Below the pieces are notes generated by a model. The model did not search any database and was not told the DNA's origin. It saw only the letters and a program-made list of their open reading frames with translations. 64,000 nucleotides of DNA, taken from contig JAEOSU010000018.1 in NCBI GenBank assembly GCA_016840165.1, positions 28,902-92,901 of the forward strand. Reading direction: 5' to 3'. Shown piece by piece: positions 7,685-17,770 of the stretch; the first letter of the stretch is position 1; the number at the start of each line of letters is the position of its first letter. The position numbers and the translations under genes are program-made. The DNA is from Promethearchaeota archaeon (lineage in GTDB: Archaea > Asgardarchaeota > Lokiarchaeia > Sigyniarchaeales > SOKP01).

Positions 7685-9478
7685 TTATTTTATAAAATTA
7701 AGACTTTTTATTTCAGTTTTAATCCAAATCTGCCTTAAAAATTCTAATATAGCTTGCTTGGTAGTATAGTTTTGCTTGAATTCTTCTAAACTCACTTTTT
7801 CAGTTGCTCCATGTGAAATTAATGAGTGAAATTTCCCTTGGTTTTCAAGTTTTTTAAATAAATCCATTTCGATATCCTTATCAAATTTTGTAGAATTAGA
7901 ATAAGAATCCATTGAAATATGTGGAAAATGACGTTTATCCAATTTAATAAATCGATCTATTGCCCTTTGTGAGGTATCTTCTATGAGAGCAAACTTTCTC
8001 TTATAAATTTTTGAAAATTCATTACAGCTATTAGCCATTTCAGTAACAATGTGCATACCGAGATCAAGTGAGTTAGAAGTCTCATGCATCATGTTATTGG
8101 TCAATATTTTAACCGCCTCATTTAAACCGATAAAACCAATACATAAATCTTGATTTTTTAATTGATAAAGATTAGTTCCCTCAATTAAACTATTACATAA
8201 CGGTAAATGGTTGGTCGAAAGGCGCTTTTTGATGATTTCATATTTTTTGTTCAAGATAGTAGCACATAAGTGCAATTTTTGATTTAAATCCTCCATAAAT
8301 AGCGTTTCATCTCTGTTATTAAATGCAATTCTAGGTAGGTTTATCGAGATCTTCTGAAGAATTCCATGGTTTAAATAACCGTCTAATGTTTTATTCTCTA
8401 TAGTATCATTTAGTTTAAATAATGAAGAATTTAACAGATAGGGGGCTTGATTAGTATTAATCTCATTGATAACTTTTATAAAAGAATCTTGGTATTTACT
8501 TAACCATTCACTACTACAAAATATTTTATGGACCGGGTATCGAAAAGGATGAGAATAAAAGTCACCCTCTGTAAAGATATCAATGAAACAATCAAAAAGT
8601 TTTAAGCATTCAGAGGAAAAGTCTGAGTATATTCCGTCAACTTTTCCATGAATCCCAATAGCAGTCTCATCTAAGAAGGGTTCAACTATAGTAGGATAAC
8701 ATTCTAATGATGATTTAAGATATCGCTTACCAGAGATGGCTGATAAATGATTTATTTCATATATAAAGCTTTTAAGTTCATTTCTAATCTCTGAATCGGA
8801 TAAGTTACCAACTAAGGGTGCTAAAAAAATAGTTAAATGATTAAAGCTTTGGCATCCACAAAATTCATTTTGAATTATACCTGTCCAATTTGCGAGCTGA
8901 TTCAAGGCTTCTCTTAAATTCTGAGGCGGTTTTACTTTATAAGAGAAGCTCTTAAGATCAGTGGGCGGAATTCCGTATTTCAATATGATCCTTGGATCCC
9001 AGGTATGCTCATACGGTCTTAAATCAAAATACTTAAGCTGATGAATGTAGATATCTCCAAATAAATGGGCTTTTGATTCCTCATCAGTTAAAATTCGTAA
9101 TAATGTATATTCTTCTGCCAATTGGTTAGCTGCCCAGTGATGAATCTTCTCGGGATTAATTACACTTCTAATTACATCTTTTTCTACTTTTTCCAAGATC
9201 TCCTCATAATCCATCAGTGGCATTCCTATGCGGGTATAGAGTTTCCTTTCTTTTTCATAATGATTTTCAGATAAAATAGAACAAACGATCTCTCTTATAT
9301 GGGGTCCAGAAAGGAACTTTATTCCAGAACTTATTATTCTTCTAACTACTAATTCTGTGACGTTTTTAGCCTCTTCTTCTGGCATCCCTGTTTCTTTCAT
9401 GATGCTCTCAAAAATTTTAGAGGCATCAAAATCAACGACATCTCCCTCGGATCGAAAAACTTTAGGTAATAAGTGCAT
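7685..9478 (-). CDS. ATP-cone plus anaerobic ribonucleotide reductase (NrdD)-like protein, apparently catalytically degenerate
   Basis: ATP cone (VFRSEGDVVDFDASKI...GPHIREIVC), HLFGDIYIHQL, SINLPRIA, IGFIGLNEAV and YSNS. No C-terminal CxxC site or RxxGY. ATG at 9478 (MHLLPKV) preferred over the track start at 9556. Confidence 0.8.
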   Translation of the reverse strand: MHLLPKVFRSEGDVVDFDASKIFESIMKETGMPEEEAKNVTELVVRRIISSGIKFLSGPHIREIVCSILSENHYEKERKLYTRIGMPLMDYEEILEKVEKDVIRSVINPEKIHHWAANQLAEEYTLLRILTDEESKAHLFGDIYIHQLKYFDLRPYEHTWDPRIILKYGIPPTDLKSFSYKVKPPQNLREALNQLANWTGIIQNEFCGCQSFNHLTIFLAPLVGNLSDSEIRNELKSFIYEINHLSAISGKRYLKSSLECYPTIVEPFLDETAIGIHGKVDGIYSDFSSECLKLFDCFIDIFTEGDFYSHPFRYPVHKIFCSSEWLSKYQDSFIKVINEINTNQAPYLLNSSLFKLNDTIENKTLDGYLNHGILQKISINLPRIAFNNRDETLFMEDLNQKLHLCATILNKKYEIIKKRLSTNHLPLCNSLIEGTNLYQLKNQDLCIGFIGLNEAVKILTNNMMHETSNSLDLGMHIVTEMANSCNEFSKIYKRKFALIEDTSQRAIDRFIKLDKRHFPHISMDSYSNSTKFDKDIEMDLFKKLENQGKFHSLISHGATEKVSLEEFKQNYTTKQAILEFLRQIWIKTEIKSLNFIK

Positions 9479-9681
9479 TTTGTCGGAACCTTTTTTATAT
9501 ACTCTGTTTTTAGATATTATCTCTAATATTATTATTATAGAGATTTTAAAAAACAATTTATTAACACATTAAAGAGATGTGTATTTATAAAGAAATATTA
9601 GAAAAATTTTGCTAAAATAAGATTTAGATTGTTATTACCTTGGTAACAAAAATGAAATGGAAAATAAAATTTTAGTAATTT

Positions 9682-10458
9682 TTAATTAGTTTTTGAACCA
9701 CATAACGGACAATATCTTCCTTCCTTGTTGATTAACCTCGTTCCACAGTTGGGACAGAAATTACTAATTTCAATCATGTTTATAGAAGTTTGAACGCTTT
9801 CTTGAGGAACTGCTTGAGCATTCACAACTAATTGCTGATTTGAAGATACTTGATAATACATTATTGAATCTAACTTCGCTAATTTAAAGTAACCTGCGAT
9901 TTGAAAGATAAAACCGATGAAAACAGTAATTATTAAAAAGCCTAGAGCATATAATAAAGCACCTGTCTTAAGATTTTCACATCCATTAATAGCATCTTGA
10001 CCTATATTAATAGGAAATAGCTCTCTATTATTTTGGAAATAAATCTTTAAATTTTCCCAAGCTTTCATTTCAATTACTGAGCTTGAAATAAGCAATATTA
10101 GCCCTGCTACCAGTATGCATATGCTGATGGGAAATAGGATAGCATTGAACGGTGGTATATATAATGGGATAAAGAAATTTATTGCCAAGCTGACACCTCC
10201 TACAACGAGAAAAATAAATCCGATTATAATCAAAATCATAGATCGTACGTACTTAGAACGAAACATTCCAAGATTAGGATTATTCAATTGGTAATTAATA
10301 TTTCTAATAACCCCTAATGCTAAAAAAATAAAAACCAATGCCACTATACTCGCAACTGGAGCTATAGGGGGAATAAAAGATAACACACTCGCTATCGCAA
10401 TTACCCGAATCTTCTTTCCAAATTCATAGAAACTATTTCTGATAGTATCATTATCCAA
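9682..10458 (-). CDS. Membrane protein (DUF973-like) with C-terminal zinc ribbon
   Basis: Several hydrophobic helices; C-terminal FCPNCG...YCPLCG. Confidence 0.65.
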   Translation of the reverse strand: MDNDTIRNSFYEFGKKIRVIAIASVLSFIPPIAPVASIVALVFIFLALGVIRNINYQLNNPNLGMFRSKYVRSMILIIIGFIFLVVGGVSLAINFFIPLYIPPFNAILFPISICILVAGLILLISSSVIEMKAWENLKIYFQNNRELFPINIGQDAINGCENLKTGALLYALGFLIITVFIGFIFQIAGYFKLAKLDSIMYYQVSSNQQLVVNAQAVPQESVQTSINMIEISNFCPNCGTRLINKEGRYCPLCGSKTN

Positions 10459-10625
10459 TTTTACTCACTCTTTTTTTTCAAAGATTTGTTTTACTTAAGA
10501 TGATAAATACTATGTATATTAAAATAGCTAAGGGAGTCCAATTTTAATCACTTAATTTTCATATCATAATTTTATTTTTTCAACACTCTCATTAGATTAT
10601 ATAGCTGAGTAAACCCAATTAAAAT

Positions 10626-11423
10626 ATGCTAAATTCATTTTCAGAAAAATCTTTAAAAAAATTCTTCCAAAGTCTTTATTTAACTCTTAAAAATTTCGAT
10701 GCTGAATTAACTGAAGTATGGTGTGAACCATCAGATGTGGATTATTTTCAAGGATTTAGTCAAGATCAAATAATAGAATTTATTTCTTATTTTGATTTCA
10801 TCTCAATAAAGAGAGGTAATTATATCGACTATGTTGTCATTGATAAAATACTCTTTATCATAAGAAGTCTTAAATATCTCCAATTAGATATAACGCTTCT
10901 TTCTAGTCTCTTGGATTATGACGGTTTTGAAGCATTAGTTAAGTTGATTTTGAGTGAAAGTAATTATTTTACCACCAAAAACTATAGATTCACAGATAAA
11001 ACCAATTTCAAATCTAAAACTAAGCAATCAAAATATGAAATTGATGTGATTGGTATTAATAGGAATCTTATTTTACTTATTGATTGCAAGCAATGGAAGC
11101 GTAAGGATTCCTATAGTGCCATGAATAAGGCAGCTAACTTACAATATAGGCGCGCGTTAGCTCTTAAAAAAAATCATGAGCTTTTTTCAGGGATGTTAGA
11201 ATCTTTAATAGGAATTAACAAAGTTCAAAAAGTAAAACCTCCCTTTCTGCTAATCCCTTTGATGGTGACTCTCGAAAGCAATTGGATAAAAATTAATGAT
11301 AATTCGGTACCGATTGTAAGTATCTATCAATTTCATTCTTTCCTCGAAGAACTTCATGATAATTTATACTATTTTAGAATAGTAAAGGTGAATAAATTGC
11401 AGATCCAGAAACAATTAATCTAA
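10626..11423 (+). CDS. PD-(D/E)XK nuclease-fold protein (Mrr/NERD-like restriction endonuclease domain)
   Basis: GFEALV..IL, EIDVIG and LIDCKQW motifs. Confidence 0.75.
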   Translation: MLNSFSEKSLKKFFQSLYLTLKNFDAELTEVWCEPSDVDYFQGFSQDQIIEFISYFDFISIKRGNYIDYVVIDKILFIIRSLKYLQLDITLLSSLLDYDGFEALVKLILSESNYFTTKNYRFTDKTNFKSKTKQSKYEIDVIGINRNLILLIDCKQWKRKDSYSAMNKAANLQYRRALALKKNHELFSGMLESLIGINKVQKVKPPFLLIPLMVTLESNWIKINDNSVPIVSIYQFHSFLEELHDNLYYFRIVKVNKLQIQKQLI

Positions 11424-11430
11424 AATATAG

Positions 11431-12384
11431 CTATTTATCTAATCCTAAGTATTCTTTCACTTGTTTTTTAACAATATTTGCAGCAAAATTAATAATTCCT
11501 GATTTAATCCGAGGCGATGAGAATATTACCAATATCATGTCATTGCCCAATGTGGTTTCAGTATCAATAGGAGCAAGATCTACAACTCCGTTAGATCCAC
11601 GTACGGAAATATTAAGTAACTTTCCCGCACTTAAACCCTCAATTATATCTTCTCCTATCATCGAAAGATTTTGTCCAATCGTTGCAAATAAATTGTCTGA
11701 CATTCGTGAGGAGATAGCGGAGGCAAGAATCGTTCCATCCTTCTTAATGATGGCTGAAGCTTCAATATGTAAATCTAATTTTAATAATTCTTTAAGAATT
11801 TCATTCATACTTGAAGGGGGAATAAACTCTTCTTTTTTCTTTTTCTCATATGGTTCTTTTTCTGTTGGGAGTTTTTTTACTGTTATCTTTTTTGATAAGA
11901 AGGTCAATACTTTAGTCATATCCTCCTCTAACTGTTTTTGCTTTACCAAAGATGCTTCGGAATAGGGTGCTTTAGGTACGGGTTGTGGCTTCTCCGTTGA
12001 AGATTTGGAACTATATACTCCTTTTAACCCAATAATTGATCCCTCAAACGGTTTGGGAGTAATCTCCGTAAGGATCTCCTTTTCATCTTCAATATCATCA
12101 TTTTCCTCCTTATGCACTACTAGCTTTTTGGCGTCATCCTTTGAATTATTAACATGGATTTCAACTAATGGTATTTCTTGAAGTTCAGATACTTTGGGCT
12201 TCTTCACGACTTTTGGCTTATTAATAGGTATTTTTTCCCTTGATTTACTCTCTTTTTTCTTTTTTTCTAAAGTAAGTCTTATTCGCGGTGGTTTTGTAGA
12301 AATTGGGAGCAATGCGCCACACTTACGGCATATGTTTCCATCTGCTTCGTTATTGGTCGCACCACAATTACTACATATTATCAT
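11431..12384 (-). CDS. Zinc-ribbon / disordered linker / roadblock-LC7 domain protein
   Basis: N-terminal CSNCG...CRKCG; K/E/P-rich middle; C-terminal IEASAIIKKDGTILASA...GKL.NISVRGSNG roadblock pattern. Confidence 0.75.
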   Translation of the reverse strand: MIICSNCGATNNEADGNICRKCGALLPISTKPPRIRLTLEKKKKESKSREKIPINKPKVVKKPKVSELQEIPLVEIHVNNSKDDAKKLVVHKEENDDIEDEKEILTEITPKPFEGSIIGLKGVYSSKSSTEKPQPVPKAPYSEASLVKQKQLEEDMTKVLTFLSKKITVKKLPTEKEPYEKKKKEEFIPPSSMNEILKELLKLDLHIEASAIIKKDGTILASAISSRMSDNLFATIGQNLSMIGEDIIEGLSAGKLLNISVRGSNGVVDLAPIDTETTLGNDMILVIFSSPRIKSGIINFAANIVKKQVKEYLGLDK

Positions 12385-12664
12385 AAGTGAAGCCCTTAAT
12401 AATAGCTAATTTGAGTAAAAATCGAAAATATAGTCTATATCTACTTTATACTAGTGATAATACTGTTTTATTAATATTGTTTCTTTATTATAAAAATCAA
12501 TTTAAAGTTCTAAATTATATCTTTTTCTCTGATATCTTTTCAATAGGAGTTAGTTCTGATTAGAAGATTGAATAAATTCCGAAATAAGAACCTCTAATTA
12601 TATAAAATTTACTTTTTAACAGAAGGAATTAAGTAAAAGAGAAATAAAAACATGTTGCTTTCAA

Positions 12665-13645
12665 TTATTTAAACAAAATTTCGGTCATTATATTAGCGAA
12701 TGAATCAAAGTCCTCTTTATTAATTGCCGGATCCCCTTTTAACATAAGTATATAATATGGTGTTTTGACATCTCGGATATTTAATTTCTTAAATATAAAG
12801 TTTCTCCCAAATCTTTGTACAATCATCTTACCTTCTTCTTCAATTCTTCCCGGTATGACTTGTGTAAATTGGAAACTGTCATTTAAGGTTAGAAAGTAGG
12901 GAGTGGATGCAGATAAAAGATTTTTAGTTTCCTCATCCTTGTAAAAATATCCAATGATGAGAGAGTTATCATCAATAACCACCACTCCCTCAGAATCTAC
13001 TTTTTTGGCAAATTCATCTATAGTTTTACTAATTAATTCCGCTTTGGGATATAAATTTAATAAAATTTCTGACATTGCGCTAATTATAGAATTTAGATCA
13101 TAAATCGATGTATTATAGTAATAAATGCGCTTATAATCTACAGAACGTCTCAGTTTTTCTTTAAGATCTATTTCTAAACTTTTAAATTCGTTCATTGCAT
13201 TTCGTCTTAATGCTGGGTCATATTTGTGGAAAAAGACATATATAGGAGGTTCAATTTCAAGTTTTCTAAATTGTTCAACCACATCTTTGAAGTAACTCAT
13301 AGCTTCTGGAATTCGTGGTTTGTTTTGAATGTCAATCACATAGATTGCGATCTCTGTTCCATCGAAATACTTCCCTGGGTTCTTAAGATAACTAATTCTA
13401 TAACTGATTTGTCCTCCCAAATCCCATTCGGCTATTTCCCTGCCTAAAAACTCAAAAATACGTCTTTGGGCTCCTCTAGTAGGTTTTAAAAGAGCTATTT
13501 TAGAGAATTCTCTTTGAAGGGCTAAAATTATTGAAGTCTTCCCTGCAGCATCTAAACCTGTAAACAATATTTTCGATTGAGGCTCAGGTGGCTCTTTTTT
13601 TTCTTTTGAAAGGTATTGAATTTCCAAAATAAATTCACCTTGCAA
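12665..13645 (-). CDS. Rag/Gtr-like small GTPase with C-terminal roadblock-like domain
   Basis: GLDAAGKTS, PTRG, DLGGQ, G4 HKYD and G5 TSIYD (Rag-type HKxD/TSIxD); C-terminal EGVVVIDDNSLIIG. The true start may be TTG at 13627, which follows an AGGTGA. Confidence 0.85.
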   Translation of the reverse strand: MQGEFILEIQYLSKEKKEPPEPQSKILFTGLDAAGKTSIILALQREFSKIALLKPTRGAQRRIFEFLGREIAEWDLGGQISYRISYLKNPGKYFDGTEIAIYVIDIQNKPRIPEAMSYFKDVVEQFRKLEIEPPIYVFFHKYDPALRRNAMNEFKSLEIDLKEKLRRSVDYKRIYYYNTSIYDLNSIISAMSEILLNLYPKAELISKTIDEFAKKVDSEGVVVIDDNSLIIGYFYKDEETKNLLSASTPYFLTLNDSFQFTQVIPGRIEEEGKMIVQRFGRNFIFKKLNIRDVKTPYYILMLKGDPAINKEDFDSFANIMTEILFK

Positions 13646-13792
13646 ATATGAGATAATGATAAAATATATTCTTTTGTAAGATGTGAAGAAATTATTCTAT
13701 ATATTTGTTATGTAAAAACACCTTAAAATGAGTCAAATCCTATTTTGTTAAATTTGATCCTGAAAAATAATTTCTTGTTTGTTTTTAAACGA

Positions 13793-14350
13793 CTAAAAAA
13801 TTCCTTCTGAACTTTTGTATGTCAAGTTTTTATCTACAATAAGCTGATTAAGTTTATTTAATACCTCTTCTGGAGATTTAGCTTCGTGAATAATATCAGT
13901 TCGTCTATCGTCAATTTTTTGAGAGGCAATCTTTGAGGACCACCCTTCAATATTACTCATAGCAATTATAGGTTTTTCATAAATCCATGCAAAACACAAT
14001 TCAGAAAGTGTTCCCGCTTTCCCTCCTATAGCAATACAGGCATCTCCCGCGAGAATGACTACAATGTTTCTAGCTTGTGAAAAAGGTACTGGGATCACAA
14101 TATCAATATATTTATTTGCAAACTTTTTTTCCTTAAAAGGAATGATTCCAATCGTCAATCCTCCCGCTTGTTTTGCTCCTTCACAAATTGCTTCCATTAC
14201 ACCAGATAATCCTCCGCAAGCAATCGCGTAATGCTCTTCTGCTAATAATCTTCCAAGAGATATAACTGTCTTTTTAGTTGGTTCATCGATCTCACTAGTT
14301 CCAATGACTGAAACGGTTGCTTTAATATCTTTTTTATAATCGAAATTCAT
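13793..14350 (-). CDS. TIGR00725 family SLOG/LOG-like Rossmann-fold protein
   Basis: CGGLSGVMEA, TIGIIP, ARN.V and IGGKAGTLSEL. Confidence 0.85.
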   Translation of the reverse strand: MNFDYKKDIKATVSVIGTSEIDEPTKKTVISLGRLLAEEHYAIACGGLSGVMEAICEGAKQAGGLTIGIIPFKEKKFANKYIDIVIPVPFSQARNIVVILAGDACIAIGGKAGTLSELCFAWIYEKPIIAMSNIEGWSSKIASQKIDDRRTDIIHEAKSPEEVLNKLNQLIVDKNLTYKSSEGIF

Positions 14351-14492
14351 TATTAATTGTTCTTATTCCGAATTATTAATTAAATTAATGATTTGATTAT
14401 TCTGGAATCTATGCGATCATTAGTCAAAGGAAAAGTAAAATTTCCAAAAATCAAACCTACTCCCGAACTATAGTCATCTTAGATTTTTACTA

Positions 14493-15194
14493 CTACTTAG
14501 GATTATAACGGAGGAATTCAGGGATTCTCTCACCGCACTCCGGACAGAATGCCAATCCTTCATCAATAGCCTTTTTACAGTTAGGACAAGCAATCTTCCC
14601 CTTTAAAACTGGTTGAGATGAGGGTTTTATACTGGTTAGAGAGTCTCCTTTTACCTTTTTCGTCTTATCCGTATTTCTACGCTTTAATACTATAATTATT
14701 ATCATAAATGCTACAAATCCTAAAATAATGGTAAAAAGACTATACCCCATTCCTAAAAATATATCAAAAGTCTCACTATAAGTGAAAAGACCAGTAATAT
14801 TGAGCGTAAAATGATATTCCCCTGGAAAAGTCGTAATTAAAGGGGTTACTCTAATAGTTAATAGATGCGATTGATTATTTCCTAAAATTTCCATAGTTTG
14901 ATTAATATTGATAAAATATCGATCCCCTGATTGCTCCGTTAAAGCATAATGAATCTGTCCGAAATTGGCAGACGATACATTTATAGCAATATGACCTTCA
15001 ATAATGATCAAACCCGGTTTGATGATATTTAGAGTTATATTTGACCCTAACTGGGAGGTGTTCAGTAAATTCTCTTCAGAATAACTGAAATGGTTATTAA
15101 TAACAATAAATTTAGATTGAAAGTTGATAAAAAAGCAAGATAAAAATAAAATGCTAAAAAAATATATTAGAAATATCCGTTTTTTATTCCACAT
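14493..15194 (-). CDS. Single-pass membrane protein with beta-rich extracellular domain and cytoplasmic double zinc ribbon
   Basis: Signal-like N-terminus, TM helix followed by KRR, C-terminal CPNC...FCPECG. Confidence 0.65.
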   Translation of the reverse strand: MWNKKRIFLIYFFSILFLSCFFINFQSKFIVINNHFSYSEENLLNTSQLGSNITLNIIKPGLIIIEGHIAINVSSANFGQIHYALTEQSGDRYFININQTMEILGNNQSHLLTIRVTPLITTFPGEYHFTLNITGLFTYSETFDIFLGMGYSLFTIILGFVAFMIIIIVLKRRNTDKTKKVKGDSLTSIKPSSQPVLKGKIACPNCKKAIDEGLAFCPECGERIPEFLRYNPK

Positions 15195-15213
15195 TACATC
15201 TCTAACAATAATT

Positions 15214-16170
15214 TTAGTATTTAATAACTTCTATTGAAGATTTTTTATCATGAATTTTTAATATGGGTTCTTTTATAATTTTGCCAATAATCATGGCATC
15301 CAATCCATAAAAACTAAATATTTTTATTGCTTCATCGCAATTCTCTAATGGAGCGGTTAAAACAAATGAAGTCGTTAAGTACATTTTGCTGTATTGCTCT
15401 AAAGAATAATTTTGTGCTATTAACTTAGGAGGGATACTTATAGAATCAATATCGATATTGGCCCCCACAGAAGAATATTTTACAATTTGTAAAATTGAAC
15501 CAAAGATACCACCATTCGAGATATCTTTTGAGGCATTAATAATATGTGCATGTGCGATTTGATTCATTGCATTTCTTTTGTATAAGACTTGATCACTTGA
15601 TTTAAATGTAACTGTATCCCAATATAGCTTATTTGCTTTTGCAACTTTACCGTCAAAATCAACAGCTAAAATTATTGCGTCACCAATTTGAGCATTCTTT
15701 GCTGAGATATAATCCTGTTTTAAAATTTCACCAACCATAGTGGAACTTAATTCATATGACTCACTACGTGGTTTTGTGTGGCCTCGAATGATAGGTACTT
15801 GAAATTTTGTGGAGCCTTCACAGATCCCCTCTATGATCTCTTGTCCGATTTTTGGATCTTTATAGGAAAGAATTAGACTTGCTGCTAAAGGTCTTCCTCC
15901 ACAGCAGAAGATATCATCTACTCCTACGAGTATGGAACTGAATCCTGCACCATAGGGATAAGCTTTAATATAGTTAGTGTTTATTCTATCTGTTGTAACT
16001 AATATATAGGTATCTTGATCATTTATAGCTGCAGAATCCTCACCCAAATCGGAATAAATTCTAGGACTTTTATAAGTCTTATCATTAATATACTGAACAA
16101 TTGGGCTTATTTCTTTTTTTTCAATGATGTTTTGATTTTTACGAATAGAATCTGCGATTTCTTCAAGCAT
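15214..16170 (-). CDS. AIR synthase-related (PurM/ThiL/HypE superfamily; methanogenesis-marker-2-like) protein
   Basis: GEDSAAI, GAGFSSILVGVDDI...GGRP, GHT and SKDISNGG. Confidence 0.8.
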   Translation of the reverse strand: MLEEIADSIRKNQNIIEKKEISPIVQYINDKTYKSPRIYSDLGEDSAAINDQDTYILVTTDRINTNYIKAYPYGAGFSSILVGVDDIFCCGGRPLAASLILSYKDPKIGQEIIEGICEGSTKFQVPIIRGHTKPRSESYELSSTMVGEILKQDYISAKNAQIGDAIILAVDFDGKVAKANKLYWDTVTFKSSDQVLYKRNAMNQIAHAHIINASKDISNGGIFGSILQIVKYSSVGANIDIDSISIPPKLIAQNYSLEQYSKMYLTTSFVLTAPLENCDEAIKIFSFYGLDAMIIGKIIKEPILKIHDKKSSIEVIKY

Positions 16171-16264
16171 AATAAAATCATATCTAAACTTATTAATAAT
16201 ACATCATACATATTTAATTCAATAATTATCGTTTTAAAAATTAATTAATCACAAAATATCCATA

Positions 16265-17770
16265 ATGGAAGAGTTAATTAAATCTTCAATTATTAAATCA
16301 ATAGTATTTTCGATTTATGGAGAGTTAGGACCTCAAGCACTATATATATGGCCTGAAATCATAAAGAAGGATACTAATAGTTCCAATTCTTCATTTAATA
16401 TTGAGGAAAATATTGTATATCTAACCAATAGAGATGCAACTCAAATCGCTATTAAAAATTTGAGTTTATTAATTGGAGATGGTAGCATTTTAGAAAAATC
16501 TAATTTAGATGAATATCGATATTTTGGGATTATTCCCTTTCCTGATTATAACTTAACCTCATTAACATTTTTTCATTTTACGAATGTTAATTATTCAGAA
16601 AAACCCTTACCATCAGCATGTTCGATTTTAATCGATGAATCGAAACGAAGTTTTTTGTATAATAATATCGAGAGATTTAAAGAATTGATTGTAGATTTTT
16701 GTACAACATTAGATAAAGAAAATGCAAAGGAACTTAAGTCTCAAAAAGAGCTCGAATCTTTATTCAAAAACCTTATCAATGAAATTATTTTAATAGAAAA
16801 GGAACCTACAACGCCTATCTCCGCTCATCGAAAACTTAAAATCATTATGGCAGGTCTTGATGATTCTGGAAAAACTTCCTTTTTACTTTCAGTAGATAGA
16901 AAGTATTCTAAATTAATAGGACTTAAACCTACCAGAGGAGCAAAAGTCAATTCGATTGAAGCTTTAGGAGCAACCATCTTTATATGGGATTTAGGCGGTC
17001 AGTTGGGTTTACGTAAAAAATATCTAAATAAAGCTCAATTATATCTCTATGAGGCGGATCTCTTGTTTTATTTTATTGATATTCGAAATAAAGCTAGATT
17101 TAAAGAAAGTATTGAGTATCTAACCAAGATTAAGAACGTTCTAGATGGTTTTGAACAATCCACACCAATTATTTTTATTTTTTCAAAAGGCGATCCTGAT
17201 ATAATTGATTCTAAAGAGATCAAAAATAATATCAAACTAATTACTACGGAATTAGAAAAATTAACTCCCAATGGTAAACCAGAGATCTACAATACAACGA
17301 TATTTCAATTATTTTCCATATTGAGAGCTTTTTCATCGGGAATAGCAAAACTAAGCCCCAACCGAGATTTAATAGAGTTAAATTTAAGTAGATTTTCCGA
17401 ACAAACCCAAACATTTTTAACTTTACTTTTAAGTATGGATGGTCTTGTGCTAGCAGATCATTACACCACCGAAGCATTGAAACTAACTAAAGTGCCGAAA
17501 TCTGAAGAAATCCTTAATATATTTGAAATAACAGCCCCTCAATTTGCAATGTTATTCAAAATTTTTTCAAAATATAGGGCTGTTAAAAAAGATGAGGCAA
17601 TATTCAAGGTCGCAAAATCAGTCATCTTTTTTAAAAGAATTAGGATTTCCGAAACTGATATGTTCCTTTTATTTTTATTAGACGATGAAAAGAAAAAAGA
17701 TCAAATTAATGAGAATTTATCTAGCTTTCTAAATCAAACTCAAGATCTTCTTCTTCGCTATATTTCCTAA
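16265..17770 (+). CDS. Longin/uDENN - Rag/Arf-like GTPase - roadblock-like fusion; paralogue of 6131-7543 with degenerate motifs
   Basis: SIYGELGPQA, YFGIIPFPD, G1 GLDDSGKTS, PTRG and DLGGQ; deviant G4 SKGD and G5 TTIF. Shares LSPNR and FEI.AP.F with 6131-7543. Confidence 0.85.
   Translation: MEELIKSSIIKSIVFSIYGELGPQALYIWPEIIKKDTNSSNSSFNIEENIVYLTNRDATQIAIKNLSLLIGDGSILEKSNLDEYRYFGIIPFPDYNLTSLTFFHFTNVNYSEKPLPSACSILIDESKRSFLYNNIERFKELIVDFCTTLDKENAKELKSQKELESLFKNLINEIILIEKEPTTPISAHRKLKIIMAGLDDSGKTSFLLSVDRKYSKLIGLKPTRGAKVNSIEALGATIFIWDLGGQLGLRKKYLNKAQLYLYEADLLFYFIDIRNKARFKESIEYLTKIKNVLDGFEQSTPIIFIFSKGDPDIIDSKEIKNNIKLITTELEKLTPNGKPEIYNTTIFQLFSILRAFSSGIAKLSPNRDLIELNLSRFSEQTQTFLTLLLSMDGLVLADHYTTEALKLTKVPKSEEILNIFEITAPQFAMLFKIFSKYRAVKKDEAIFKVAKSVIFFKRIRISETDMFLLFLLDDEKKKDQINENLSSFLNQTQDLLLRYIS

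Noticed and set aside
9479-9556. 26-codon N-terminal extension of the NrdD-like ORF
   Set aside because: Low-complexity AT-rich sequence; the ATP-cone homology starts at MHLLPKV (ATG 9478).
10626-11423. Restriction-modification or defence island around the PD-(D/E)XK gene
   Set aside because: No adjacent DNA methyltransferase or other defence genes; it looks like a solitary nuclease-fold gene.
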